Assembly: GCA_030390025.1 (NCBI GenBank)
Contig: CM059449.1
Coordinates: 36,270,001-36,334,000, forward strand
Length of the DNA: 64,000 bases
From: Squalus acanthias
Lineage: Eukaryota
Reading direction: 5' to 3'
A program made the translations under genes and the position numbers. The notes beneath the pieces are model-generated. The model worked only from the letters and a program-made list of their open reading frames with translations. It did no database searches and was not told where the DNA came from. Every line of letters begins with the position of its first letter. Position 1 is the stretch's first letter. Positions 25,762 to 37,459 of this stretch are shown here, in pieces.

Positions 25762-25867
25762 AAGGAAAAGTAGAGAAAGTCAAGCATGTGGGGCTGATTG
25801 TCGTGTGTGTACTGGTATTGCTGGCTATTGTTATAGTTTTAATCTATATGTGGAGGATAAAACAGAG
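25762..25867 (+). pseudogene. MHC class I-like connecting peptide/transmembrane exon
   Basis: CAG acceptor and GTAAG donor; EGKVEKVKHVGLIVVCVLVLLAIVIVLIYMWRIKQR is a hydrophobic span plus basic stop-transfer; phase compatible with alpha3. Confidence 0.85.
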
Positions 25868-25981
25868 GTAAGGCGAGGGAATAATGATGCAGTCTTATTT
25901 GTAAAAGTATGACACAGCGGCTTTGCAGAAAATCTTTTGGCCTGCCCCAGGTTTATACTTGAATTTTAAATATCTGTTATA

Positions 25982-26364
25982 AAGAAAGGAAAAGAAAAAC
26001 TTTCATTTATATCGCGCCTTTCACGACCTCAGGACTGCAAAAAGCGCTTTACAGCCACTGAAGTACTTTCGTTTTAAGTGTAGTCACTGTTGTAATGTAG
26101 GAAACGCGGCAGCCAAGTTGTGGACAGCAAGTCCCCACAAAGAGTGGTGTGATAATGATCAGATAATCTGTTTTTAATGATACTGAATGAGGGATAAATA
26201 TTGGCCAGGAAACCGGAGAGATCTCCCTTGCTCTTGTTCGAGCTAGTGTCACGGGATGTTTTACATTCACCTGAGAGGGCAGATGGAGCCTCGGTTTAAC
26301 ATTTCATCTGAAAGACGGCACCTCCAGCAGTGCGGCACTCCCTCAGTATTGCACTGGGGTGTCA
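25982..26364 (-). mobile_element. Deu-domain SINE (SacSINE1/AmnSINE1-like), head truncated at a CR1 insertion
   Basis: Reverse complement reads TGACACCCCAGTGCAATACTGAGGGAGTGCCGCACTG...GGTGCCGTCTTTCAGATGA...TCCTGGCCAATATTTATCCCTCA...GAAAGGCGCG tail. Confidence 0.85.
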
Positions 26365-26365
26365 T

Positions 26366-27750
26366 AGCAACATAGAAACATAGAAAAATAGGAGCAGGCG
26401 TAGGCCATTTGGACCTTCGAGATTGCTCCCCCATTCAATATGATCATGGCTGATCCTCTAACTCAATACCATATTCCCGCTCTCTCCCCATACCCCTTGA
26501 TGCCTTTTGTTTCTAGAAATCTATCTCTCTCCTTCTTAAATATATTCAGTGATGTGGCCTCCACAGCCTTCTGTGGTAGAGAATTCCATAGGTTCACCAC
26601 CCTCTGAGTGAAGAAATTTCTCCTCATCTCAGTCCTAAATGTCCTACCCCGTATCCTGAGACTGTGACCCCTCGTTCCAGACCCCCCAGCCAGGGGAAAC
26701 ATCCTCCCTGCATCCAGTCCGTCTAGCCCTGTCAGAATTTAACACGATTCAATGAGATCCCTTCTCATTCTTCTAAACTCTAATGAATACAGGTCTAGTC
26801 GAACCAATATCTCCTCATACGACAGTCTTGCCATCCCAGGAATCAGTCTGGTGAAAATTTGCTGCACCCCCTCTATGGCAAGTATATCCTTTCTTAGTTA
26901 AGGAGACCAAAACTGCACAAAATACTCCAGTGTGGTCTCAGCAAGGTCCTGTATAACTGTAGTAAGACATCCTTGCTCCTGTACTATAATCCTCTTGCAA
27001 TGAAGGCCAACATACCATGTGCCTTCCTAATTGCTTGCTGCACCTGCATGTTTGCTTTCAGTGACTGGTGTACAAGAACAACCAGGTCCCTTTGTACATT
27101 AACATTTTCCAATCTATCAACATTTAAATAATGCTCTACCTTTCTGTGTTTCCTACCGAAGTGGATAACTTCACATTTATCCACGTTATACTGCATCTGC
27201 CATGTATTTGCCCACTCACTCAACGTGTCTAAATCTCCTGGAAGCCTCGTTGCATCCTCCTCACAACTCACAATCCCTCCTAGTTTTGTGTCGTGAGCAA
27301 ACTTGGAAATATTACATTTGGTTCCGTCATCCAAGTCAGCGATATATATTGTGAATAGCTGGTGCCCAAGCACTGATCCTTGCGGTACCCCACTAGTCAC
27401 CGCCTGCCAAACCCGAAAAAGACCCATTTATTCCTACTCTCTTTTTCCTGTCTGTTAACCAATTACCAATCCATGCCAGTATATTACCCCCAATCCGATG
27501 TGCTTTAATTTTGCACACTAACGTCTTATGTGGGACTTTATCAAAGGCCTTCTGAAAATCCAAATACACCACATCCAGTGGTTCTCCCTTATATATTCTA
27601 CCAGTTACATCCTCAAACAACTCCAGTAGGTTTGTCAAACACGATTTCCCTTTCATAAATCCATGCTGACTTTGTCTAATCCCGTTGATATTTTCTAAGT
27701 GTCATGTTAACACATCCTTTATAATAGACTCTAGCATTTTCCCTACAACT
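26366..27750 (-). mobile_element. CR1 LINE RT and 3' end
   Basis: KGKSCLTNLL, YLDFQKAFDKVPH, GVPQGSVLG, SKFAHDTKLGG, TRGHSLRI. Confidence 0.96.
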
Positions 27751-27789
27751 ATCAGCCTAGATTTTAGCGCTCAAGTCTCTGGAGTAGGA

Positions 27790-28480
27790 TTAAAATGGTG
27801 CATTTATTGAGAACAAATGGTATCTTATCGTGGCAAAGTTGCCAATGGAATTCTAGGTTTAATCACAAAAGGTATAGAACATTTCAGCCAAGACGTAACT
27901 ATGAGGCTCTATAAAACCTTAATAAGACCTGAGTTAGAGCACTGTGTGCAGTATTGAATTTCACGCGATAGGTGGGATCTTGAGCTTTCCTGAAGCTACA
28001 AGGTGAATTCACTTGTATGCGGCCCGATAGCAGGAAACACAAATATAAGGAAAGGCTTGGAAAATGCGCATTTTTATTAGAACAATGCATATTACGGGTG
28101 ATATAATACAAGTGTTTAAAATGATGGAAGGATGGCTCAGGGTAGATAGAAGCAGATTGTTTCCAGTAGTTGAAGGTCAAGAATGAGGAGTTATAAATAC
28201 CAGGTTAAATGTTAGAGATTTAGGACAGAGGGTAGGAGATGGTTCTTTTCACAGAGCGTTGTGAGGCTGTGGAATCCACTTCCAGTAATAGAGGTTGAGG
28301 CAGAAACTATGGCAACATTTAAGATTAGATTCAGAAGTTGGACAAAGGGAAAAGGGGTTTAAGGGATATGAGAACAGGGTGGTAAATGTGATTAGGAATA
28401 TTTACTCATGTGTAGAGTAAATGCCGATACTCACTGGTTGGGCTGAAGGATTTGTTTCCATGTTGTAACTTCTGTATATT
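27790..28480 (+). mobile_element. Old CR1 3' fragment
   Basis: ANGILG...LYKTLIRPELEHCVQY, FFSQSVVRLWNPLP remnants. Confidence 0.8.
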
Positions 28481-28541
28481 TCGATATGCACGTGCCCTAA
28501 GATAAGTGAAATTGAAATCCAGTTCTTTATTAATCAATTTA

Positions 28542-28699
28542 GGGGGTGAAATTGGTCTTCGGCAATAACACATAATAGCCACTAGTGAATCGGCCGCCCT
28601 TTCATTGAAGTCAATGGAAAAGCCCTTGGGGTAGGAGTGAAACTGGCTGGTGATTCGCTATCGCCAGTTGGCGTTACCGCCTGAGCCCAATTTCACCCC
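28542..28699. mobile_element. Palindromic MITE-like element
   Basis: GGGGGTGAAATTGG ... CCCAATTTCACCCC terminal inverted repeats; core TTCATTGAAGTCAATGG. Confidence 0.75.
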
Positions 28700-28871
28700 A
28701 TTAAGTTTTCTAACAGGTGGGCCACACATGAAAACTTTCCACATGGTAACACCATCAGCATCAACATGATTCTATGTTTGATTGATGTGTTCAGAGGGAA
28801 GCATACTTGCTGAAAACATTTATTACCAACATCATCGTATGATTACAAGCGTTCTCTCTCTGTCTTTTCAG

Positions 28872-28944
28872 AACAAGGCTGACACTTAAAATACTTACTG
28901 ATGCCGCACCCCACTTCCTACCAATCAAAAGAACCCAGATTTAA
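28872..28944 (+). pseudogene. Possible cytoplasmic/terminal exon of the class I-like gene
   Basis: Strong polypyrimidine acceptor (CTCTCTCTGTCTTTTCAG); in phase with the TM exon gives RTRLTLKILTDAAPHFLPIKRTQI*. No recognisable motif. Confidence 0.3.
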
Positions 28945-29467
28945 AAAAGGTCAGCATCACACTCCATGGAAAGAGTCATTTCGTCTGGCACGTTTTAAAG
29001 GCGAACCTTAATTCCTAGTAGTGAATGAAAGGGGGCTGACAGGACACAGATCCACAATAATTGTCTCAGTGACAATGCAAGTTTAATAACCTTCCTGATT
29101 CAGTATTGTAGCGAATACTTTATCTTCCCACAGGCCACATTCATACTGCAGTCTGAGGATACATAAGGGCTGGTTTGGCTTAACGCCGGATGTTTTAGTG
29201 TAAATCCAGATTCAGGACCCCACGTGACTGTCAGGTGAAGTAGAGGGAGACTGCCTCCTTCGGAATATTCCTTCTCACCAAATCTAAGGTTGTGATGTAA
29301 ATGGTTTCAGAGTGGCATTAAGGTAAAGGGAGGAAATATAATCAGAAGATCACAAAGCGGACTAGAACTCCCAGGTGTTAAAAAGAGTGCCCTATTAGGG
29401 CAAATATTGCCCGTCTCTACTATGGTCATGGCACCTTCATAGGGGCAAGACAGGTTGGAGAGTCATT

Positions 29468-29648
29468 GGGAGTCATTTTCAGATTTGGAGATAAGGTAAA
29501 ACGGGCGATATCTGATCAGCCGCCCGTTGCATACCTCTCCCAACTTTCTTTCCCATTGACTTCATGGAAAAATCGGAAGAGCTGTACAAAAGATACCCGA
29601 TCCGATATCGCCCGTTTTACATTAACACCAATAATTAAAATGACACCC
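29468..29648. mobile_element. Palindromic MITE-like element
   Basis: GGGAGTCATTTT ... AAAATGACACCC ends; internal GTAAAACGGGCGATATC / GATATCGCCCGTTTTAC; core TTCCCATTGACTTCATGGAA. Confidence 0.75.
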
Positions 29649-30159
29649 ATTGGTGTATAAGTTTGTCTTCGGCGGGAGTTCAAATCGTTTGCTAATGACT
29701 TGACAGAAAATGGGAGAGAGCGACTTGGCAGCAAATCGGGCGATAGTGACTTGGCAGGACGGCAGTCCGGGATGCAAGCAAGTCTCTTCAGTTACATCGC
29801 CTGTGGAACTGGTTGGTGCCTGCACAACACTAACGGGAGGATAAGGCTGTAGGCCCCATCTGGAGGCCATTACCGGCACGTTAAATCCGGGCGAAGGCAG
29901 TGAGAATCGACCGCCCTTTAGGCCCGCTGTTTCTGTGCACTAAACTAACTGCCACTGAGCTAACTTTAAGGGGAAGAACCATGAAAAGAGAATGAGCAAG
30001 TCACTTCATCTATATAGTATGCTCTGCACCAACATCTCGGGATGGTCCAACATTTGGATTTCACTCCCTAGATTTCAAAGGTGTTTAACAAGAACCTGAG
30101 AGGGGCAAACGCGAGGTTTCCATTGGATCCAAGAACATGCTGAAATAGTCATCGTGAAT

Positions 30160-31105
30160 CATAGGAACATATGAACATAGGAAAAGTATAAGGCCTGCTA
30201 CGCCATTCATTGAGATATTAGCTGATCTGCGACCTTACTCCATAAACACGCCTTTCGCCCATAGCCCTCAATCCCTATGGTTAACAGAAAGCTATCAATC
30301 TACGATTTAAAATTAACAATTGCTCTTGCATCAATTGCCATTTGCGGAAGTGCGTTCCAAACGTCTACCACCCTTTTTGTGTCGAATTGTTTCCTAATTT
30401 CACTCCTGACAGATCTGGCTCTAATTTTTAGACCATGCCCCCTAGTACTTGAATTCCCAACCAGTGGAAATAGTTTTGCTCTATCTACCCTTTCTGCATC
30501 CCTTAATATCTTGAAAATTTCGAACAGATCACCACTTAACCTTCTAAATTGTAGGGAATACAAACCTAATTTGTGTAATCTCTCCTCATAACTTAAACCT
30601 TGAAGTCCGGGTATCATTCTGGTAAACCTACGCTGCACTCCCTGCAAGGCCAATAAATCCTTCTTAAGGTGTGGTGCCCAGAACTTTTCACAGTACTCCA
30701 GGTGTGGTCTAACCAGGGTGTTGTACAAGTTGCAGCATAAGTTCTACCCTCTTGTATTCTAGACCTCTAGATATAAAGGCCAGCATCTCATTAGCCTTTT
30801 TGATTATTTTCTGTACCTGTTGATGACATTTTATTCATCTATGTACCTGGACCCCAAAGTCTCTTTGGACCCCCAATGTTTTTAGCCTTTGACCATTCAG
30901 AAATAATCCTGTTCTATCAATTTTACGTACAAAGTGGATGAACTCATATTTGCCTACATTGAAATACATTTGCCACAGTTTTGCCCATTCACATAATCTG
31001 TAGATATCCTGTCGTAACTTTATGCTTCCAAATACACTGCCTACAATTCCACATATACTTGTGTCGTCGGCAAATTTGGATATATGGTTTTCTATGTATT
31101 CATCT
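30160..31105 (-). mobile_element. CR1 3' fragment
   Basis: SKFADDT, YNTLVRPHLEYC, VQRRFTRMIPGL..LSYEERL, TRGHGLKI. Confidence 0.95.
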
Positions 31106-32077
31106 AAGTGCAATTGCTTTATTACTGAAAAAACTCAATTTGCATAAACATTTCACCGCGACTTATATTTCAGTCACTTTATTAAAATATTACTAACTTG
31201 TTTAACATTGCAGGAACATTGTCAAATCTCATCTGCAATTGCAGAAACTGGCTCTTTAGACGTTACATTTTGGCCGCGTGGAATAAAGGCACGCCAGGGA
31301 TTTAAAATATGTTTTGTTAATATTTATACATTCATAATTATCAGAATTGACACCGACATTGGCCTCAGATAAACAGTCTACTCTTGTGAGCAGAAACAAT
31401 GACCATGAAAACACTTTTCAATTGCTGGAAACACAGCCGAGCCCGATCCTGCCACACACTCACATTTCACCAGCAGCATCGCCAACACAGTGGTCCGGAG
31501 CAAATCCCGAGGCCACTTCTGCCTCTGTAACTGAAGGGAGCGAGGCCAGTTAAGTAATCTGCTGCTAACCCTGGGATTACAATGGGAATGAGAATAAGAC
31601 GGTTTCTATCACCGGTGGCGAATCTGCAACTTCGGTTTCAGGCTCCAGCGGCAAGTTGAAAATCTTCGCCAGAGAGTCAAGTTGAAAGTTTAAATGTCAC
31701 ACAACTAAAAATGGATATGGGGAATATTTTGCAGGGAACCTTCTAATTTGGCGTAGAGTAAAATGGGGAGAATTGGATCGCCTGTTGTTTATAAACGCCG
31801 CCCGAATCTCCTTCCATTGACCTCGCTCCCGCCAGAGGTGAAAGTTCCACCGACCGGGGGTGAAATTCACCTTCAGGTGCGGTGTGAAACAGGCGGGAGC
31901 AGGTCGGCCGCTCATTACACACCCGCCCGACTTTCCTCTCCATTAAACTCGACCGAAAAGCACATCGTGTTGGGCGAATAACAGGCGGCTGATCGGCTGC
32001 TGCCCGTGTTGAATAAATAAGATGGAAGCGAGTCTCAAGTCTTTGTAGTCAGCTCTGGTTAGACTCAGACCTTTCAA

Positions 32078-32424
32078 TTATTTCCGTAAATTAGTAATTA
32101 CAGACAAGGGATATTGAATCAGATTCTTTAACTCCTCTCTTAATTTAGTCTGGGACACTGCATAAATAATGGTGTTTGTGCAGGAACTCAAATTCTGCAG
32201 CATATATCCAGTTTATTCCATGATGGTGACATTATTACGGTAGTCTGTGTGCAAGTATTGAATATCCATAATTTGTAAATATATTTGATGAATAAAAGTT
32301 ACCGTCCGTAACAGGATAAAACTGCCAGATATGACCAGCGGTAGAACGATGGATTTCCTACGGCTGTTTCCTTTGGCGAGACCGCACTTTCCCCGGTGGA
32401 GAATCGCGATGGTCATCAAGTTGG
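32078..32424 (-). pseudogene. GPR139-like GPCR exon-2 pseudogene with large internal deletion
   Basis: Acceptor TTTGCAG, then ANLMTIAILHRGKCGLAK joined to SRRKSIVLPLVISGSFILL...TIME*TGYMLQNLSSCTNTIIYAVSQTKLREEL; colinear with both ends of 45799-46712. Confidence 0.93.
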
Positions 32425-33049
32425 CTGCAAACAGGGGCAGGACAGGCGGTGGAGGGGAAGTGAAATACATCAGGATATCAAAATTAAATCGTACAATTAA
32501 ACCGGGTATTAATTAATGCTGATTGTTCCTTCACTCAAATCATTCAATCCCTGTGAAACACACTCAAGATGGCTCCTGGGCTGGCAGCTCAATTCTGTTC
32601 AACTGTATCCGTGGTCATCCATTGCCATCCTTTGTCCTTTCTTCCCCCAAACTCATTTCTTCCATTGCTTAAGATACTCTGGCTTTGATAGCGAAGGCAT
32701 TTCAGCGGAAACTACACGTTCAACCTACAAGTTTAAAGCTCCCCCTGCAGAGCCAGCTGCTCATCCCTCGACCCAGCGTGTCTTTGTACTCACTGAGCTC
32801 TTTCAACTGCCGGAACTCTGGTGAAACTTAACCTCCATCACTGGATTCCTCGCGAACAGGAGTCCGTTGCTCTACTGATGACAGTGTTTCACTCAGCGGC
32901 TGTGGCTCTGCTCTGCTTTGCAGTCGCTTCAAGTTTTATGCTGCTGGATTCTTTTGTCAATTTCTTTTCCGATCTCCTGGACTTCTTTGGATATCTAGAC
33001 TACGTTTCTGCTTTGTACTACACTGGATTACATCAATAGACGGAGTCTT

Positions 33050-33762
33050 CCTGCGGGGGTAAGGCTTCCCCGCGATATCTCACTGCGCGCGGGCTTTTTC
33101 ATTCCGAGCTCGCACGAACTTGATTTTCTAGACAGCAGCTGGGCAGTGCTTGCGTATCCCACAGGCGCAGTTGATTCGTGCGAGCTGTGGGATCACGTGA
33201 TTCAGTTAGAGCCAATGGCAGCACACCATCTTTCATTCATAGGTTTCACATCAAGTGCTGTGAAAGCTATGAATCTATACCCCCCAAAAGAACAGCTAAA
33301 CCTCAATTAAATTAAAAAAAACCATCACATTAATAAAATAAGTATAGTTAAATAAATTAACCACTTTAAACAAAAAATAAAATTTTTGAAAAAATTTAAA
33401 ATCTTTTAAAAAGTTATAAAAATAAACTTACCTTTCTTTAAAGTCTCTAAAAAAGATATACCTGTTGAAAAAATTCAAAATAATACTTAATTAACTACTT
33501 ACCTTGTTAAAAGAGGGTCTTACGCCTCCTTTCTTTATGTGCAAAATCTTCCATGCTTACCTGCGCGTTCAAAGCACTAAGTGCACTGCGTGCGCGCAGC
33601 CTGTAGCGCGCACGCGGTTCACTTCGGAACCGCCCCATTTTGAAATCACCAAGTGCCGGTTTTCAGCGCATGCGCAGTGCATGCAGAAAACCGGCAATTG
33701 GAGACAGAATACGCGAGAGTACACAATGCGTACTCTCGCGTAGAGAGACTAATTTTTGGGCC
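33050..33762. mobile_element. Probable non-autonomous DNA transposon (CpG-rich ends, A-rich middle)
   Basis: CpG-rich termini with right end AATTTTTGGGCC, similar to other element ends in the window; no ORF. Confidence 0.4.
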
Positions 33763-33934
33763 AATATGTTTCTGCACTGGACTACACCGAATTACACTGT
33801 AAGACTTACATGCTGTGTCTATCTCTGCTGCTAAACGTAGATTTTGTTTACCTTTCAAAACTGTGGCTGTGTCTCTGCTGAACTGGTTCTACTGGTTTTT
33901 CAGCTGTGCTGGCTTCTAGCTAGCAGCTGCTGCT

Positions 33935-35740
33935 TCATAGAATTACATCGGATATACGGCACAGAAACAGGCCATTCGGACCAACCAGTCCATGCCGGTG
34001 TTTATGCTCCTCTCGAGTCTCCTCCCGTCTTTCCTCATTTAAATCTATCAGCATAACCCTCTATTCCCTTCTCCCTCATATGTTTGACCAGCCTCCCTCT
34101 AAATGCATTTATACTATTCGCTTCAACCACTCCCTGTGGTAGCCAGTTCCACATTCTCACCACTCTTTGTGTAAAGAAGTTTCTTCTGAATTCCCTCTTG
34201 GATTTCTTGGTGACTATCTTATATTGTTGTCCTCTAGTTATGCTGTTCCCCACAAGTGGAAACATTCTCTCTGTATCCACTCTATCAAAACCGTTCATAA
34301 TTTTATAGACCTCTATTAGGTCACTCCTCAGCCTTCTTTTTTCAAGAGAAAAGAGACCCAGCCTCTACGTTTTTTTTCCTGATATGTATACCCTCGCATT
34401 TCTGGTATCATCCTTGTAAATCATCTCTGCACCCGCTCCAGTACAACTATATTCTTTTTTATAATATGGCGACCAGAACTGCATGCCGTATTCCAAGTTT
34501 AGCATAACTTACTTGCTTTTCAATTCTATCCCTCTAGAAATAAACCCTAGTGCTTGGTTTGCATTTTTATTGACCTTGCTAACCTGTGGTGCAACTTTCA
34601 GTGATTTGTGTATTTGTACTCCGAGACCCGTTTGTTCCTCTACCCCACCTAGACTCGCATCCTGAAAGTGATAAGTGACCTCTTTATTCTTCCTACCAAA
34701 ATGTAATACCTCACATTTGTCTCTGTTGAACTTCATTTGCCAATTATTTTCCCATTCTGGAAGTTTATTAATGTCCTCCTGTAATTTGTTGCAGTCCTCC
34801 TCAGCATTGACTATCCCCCCCAATTTGGTATCATCCGCAAATTTAGAAATTGTCTTTGATTCCAAAGTCGAAATCGTTAATGTAAATTGTGAACAGCAGC
34901 GGTCCCAGCACTGATCCTTGTGGAACACCACTACCCAACTTCTGCCACTTTGAATATTTACCCTTAACTCCCACTCTGTGCTTTCTGTCTTGAAGCCAGC
35001 TAGCTATCCATTCTGCTACTTGTCCCCTGACTCCACATTCTCTGACCTTATCCATTAGACTTTTATGGGGTACCTTATCGAAGGACTTTTGAAAGTCTAG
35101 ATAAATTACGTCTATAGAATTACCATTGTCTACTCTCTCTGTTACCTCTTCAAAAAAAATCAATAATGCTGTTCAAGCAACATTTTACCTTTGGAAATCC
35201 ATGCTGACTATTCATTGATATACTTTTCGTTGCTGGATGTTCTTCTATTCTCTCCTTTAGTAGGGATTCCATTATTTTTCCTACCGCCGATGTTAAGCTC
35301 ACTGGTCTATAATTCCCTGGACATGTTCTATCCCCCTTCTCAAATATAGGTATTATGTTAGTTTTACCGCCAGCCCTCTGGCATTACACCTTTTTCTAAT
35401 GAATTATTAAATATTTGTAGTAAAGCCTCTGCTTTATCTTCCCTGGGTTCTTTTAAAATGCGTGGATGTATTCCATCCAGACCAGGGCTTTAATCATCTT
35501 TGAGTTTAATTCGTTTATTTAATATATCCACTTTTTTAATTAAAATGCACTTATCTCATTACTCATCTCATCATCCAATGTCACGTCCACGTGTTCTTTC
35601 TCCCTGGTAAATACCGAAGCGAAATAATGCTTTAATATTTCTGCTATCTCTCTGTTGTTACCTGTTGTATTGTCCTGTCCATCCCTTAATGGACTTATTC
35701 CCATCCCAACCTTCCTTTTTTATTGATGTACCTGTACTAT
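33935..35740 (-). mobile_element. CR1 LINE ORF2 and 3' end
   Basis: IYLDFQKSFDKVPH, GVPQGSVLGPLLFTIYIND, SKFADDTKLGG, RRNFFTQRVV. Confidence 0.95.
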
Positions 35741-36199
35741 TTTACTATTTTGTTTTATGTTTTTACTTGCTGTCTGGTGACTCGTTCTACCAGTTTTCAG
35801 CTCTGCTGGTAGCTGGCTTGTGGTTTTACTTTTTATCCAGCACTTTGATCTATGGTGAACTCCAACTTGCGTCAATTTCACCATCGTCTTTCTGCACCGC
35901 TACTGACTCTCATTCCTAGGGAAAAAACTTCCATCCTCGCACTCTCTACCCTTCACATATCTTCAGGACCTCACTTGTCTGCTTTGGACAGCGGTTCGTC
36001 GATGCTCTGTGCCGGCCCCAAACGGCTTACATTGGCTTTGGCATTCCACAGTACCTCTGACTTAGACATTGGTCTCCCTACTCTTGTCTCTAACCTATTC
36101 CCTGCTACCAGGATATATGTATCCCAATAATTACAACATTTAAACAGGCCTATGTAACCTGAACTTTTCTCGTGTCCATTCGTGTGCACACTTTGGCTG

Positions 36200-37459
36200 T
36201 CGTTCTGGAACCGAGCCATTCAATAATTTTCCACTTCCCCCCCGCCCCCCTGTTCCTTTTCTCTATATCCCTCCCTAACCGCTCTCGCCCATCGTCTTGC
36301 CTCCTTTCATTTCTCCTCTCTCGGATACTCTGCCATCCCGAATCCCTACCCCAATCATTCATTACTCTTCGACCTCCCTACTCTCCTGCCACCGTCCCAC
36401 GCTTGGCTCCCTATTAGATAAGCCTACAGCTTCCCTCTGTGCCTCTCCTGGCATCCAATGAAGGGCCCATCGAGGCACTCGTCGCTACATCCTTACGAGC
36501 AGCAACCCCAACTGTCCCATACTACTCTCTCGCCGAGCTTCCCGCCCAGCGAGCCCACTGAGGGTTAATCTTGGCAATCTCCTCCCCGTCCAAATCATCC
36601 TCCCCAGCGCTTACCTTGTGGATGCTTGCAGTGGGGCAACCATCACCGACCCTCTCCACATCTCCCTCCAGAATATCCATTCACTTGCAAACAAGGCCCT
36701 TAATATTCATGAGCTTATCGTGAATGATTGCATTGACATCATGGCCCTGACGGAAACCTGGTTGAGGGGTGATTAAACGTAACCCTTAAATGAAGCCTCC
36801 CCACCTGGCTACACCTTCCAACACTTGCCCCGCCCAGATAGCCCTGGTGGCGGTGTGGCTCTCATCGTCAAATCACACCTTGGTCTGTCCCCCTACTTCT
36901 CCGGCACTTTCTCCTTCTTTGAGCATCTCACCTTATTCCACCTCTCTCACCTCTCATTTAAAATTGACGTTGTCTATCGCCCACTCAAGTACCATAAAAA
37001 TTACCGAGATATCTCCACTGCTTTACTTCCTCAGCCTCTGCACCGAACAAATTCTCAACCTCCGTTATTTGAACCTCCATCTCAATGCATCATGCCCTCT
37101 CTCCTGTGAGTTCACTAGCCTCCTATCCTCCCTTAATCTCTCCCTCCATGTAAACTTCTGAACCCATATTCATGGCCAACCCCTTGACCATGCCATCTCT
37201 CGTGGCCTCGCTACTCCCATCATGTCAATTGCAGGTAACGCCATCACTGACCACTTCCTCGTGTCGCTCTCCACCCACATCACCCTTCCAGCACCCCACC
37301 ACCTCCCAACTCTACTTCTTTCTGTGTCCGCTTCTGGAAAAACATCTCTCCCAACTCTCTTACAACTGCATTTATGAAATCTCAACTGTCCAGGCTTTGG
37401 CCCTCCATTCACATGGCATTTCTGCAGCTATCGATCTGCTCAACCACACCATCACCACT
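36200..37459 (+). mobile_element. L2-clade LINE 5' portion (APE endonuclease), 3' truncated
   Basis: LQNIHSLANK...DIMALTETWL, PPGYTFQHLPR..GGGVALIVK, VVYRP, HGQPLD, ITDHFLVS; matches the - strand L2 at ~53000-53440. Confidence 0.88.

Larger units (their letters stand above)
25395..31670 (+). repeat. Left arm of ~6.3-kb inverted segmental duplication
   Basis: Colinear reverse complement of 56739-63235, including unique sequence, TM exon, SINE, three CR1 pieces and MITEs. Confidence 0.97.

Noticed and set aside
14030-25867. Functional MHC class I gene
   Set aside because: Three in-frame stops, a mutated alpha3 donor and no leader ATG; too many lesions to be sequencing error.
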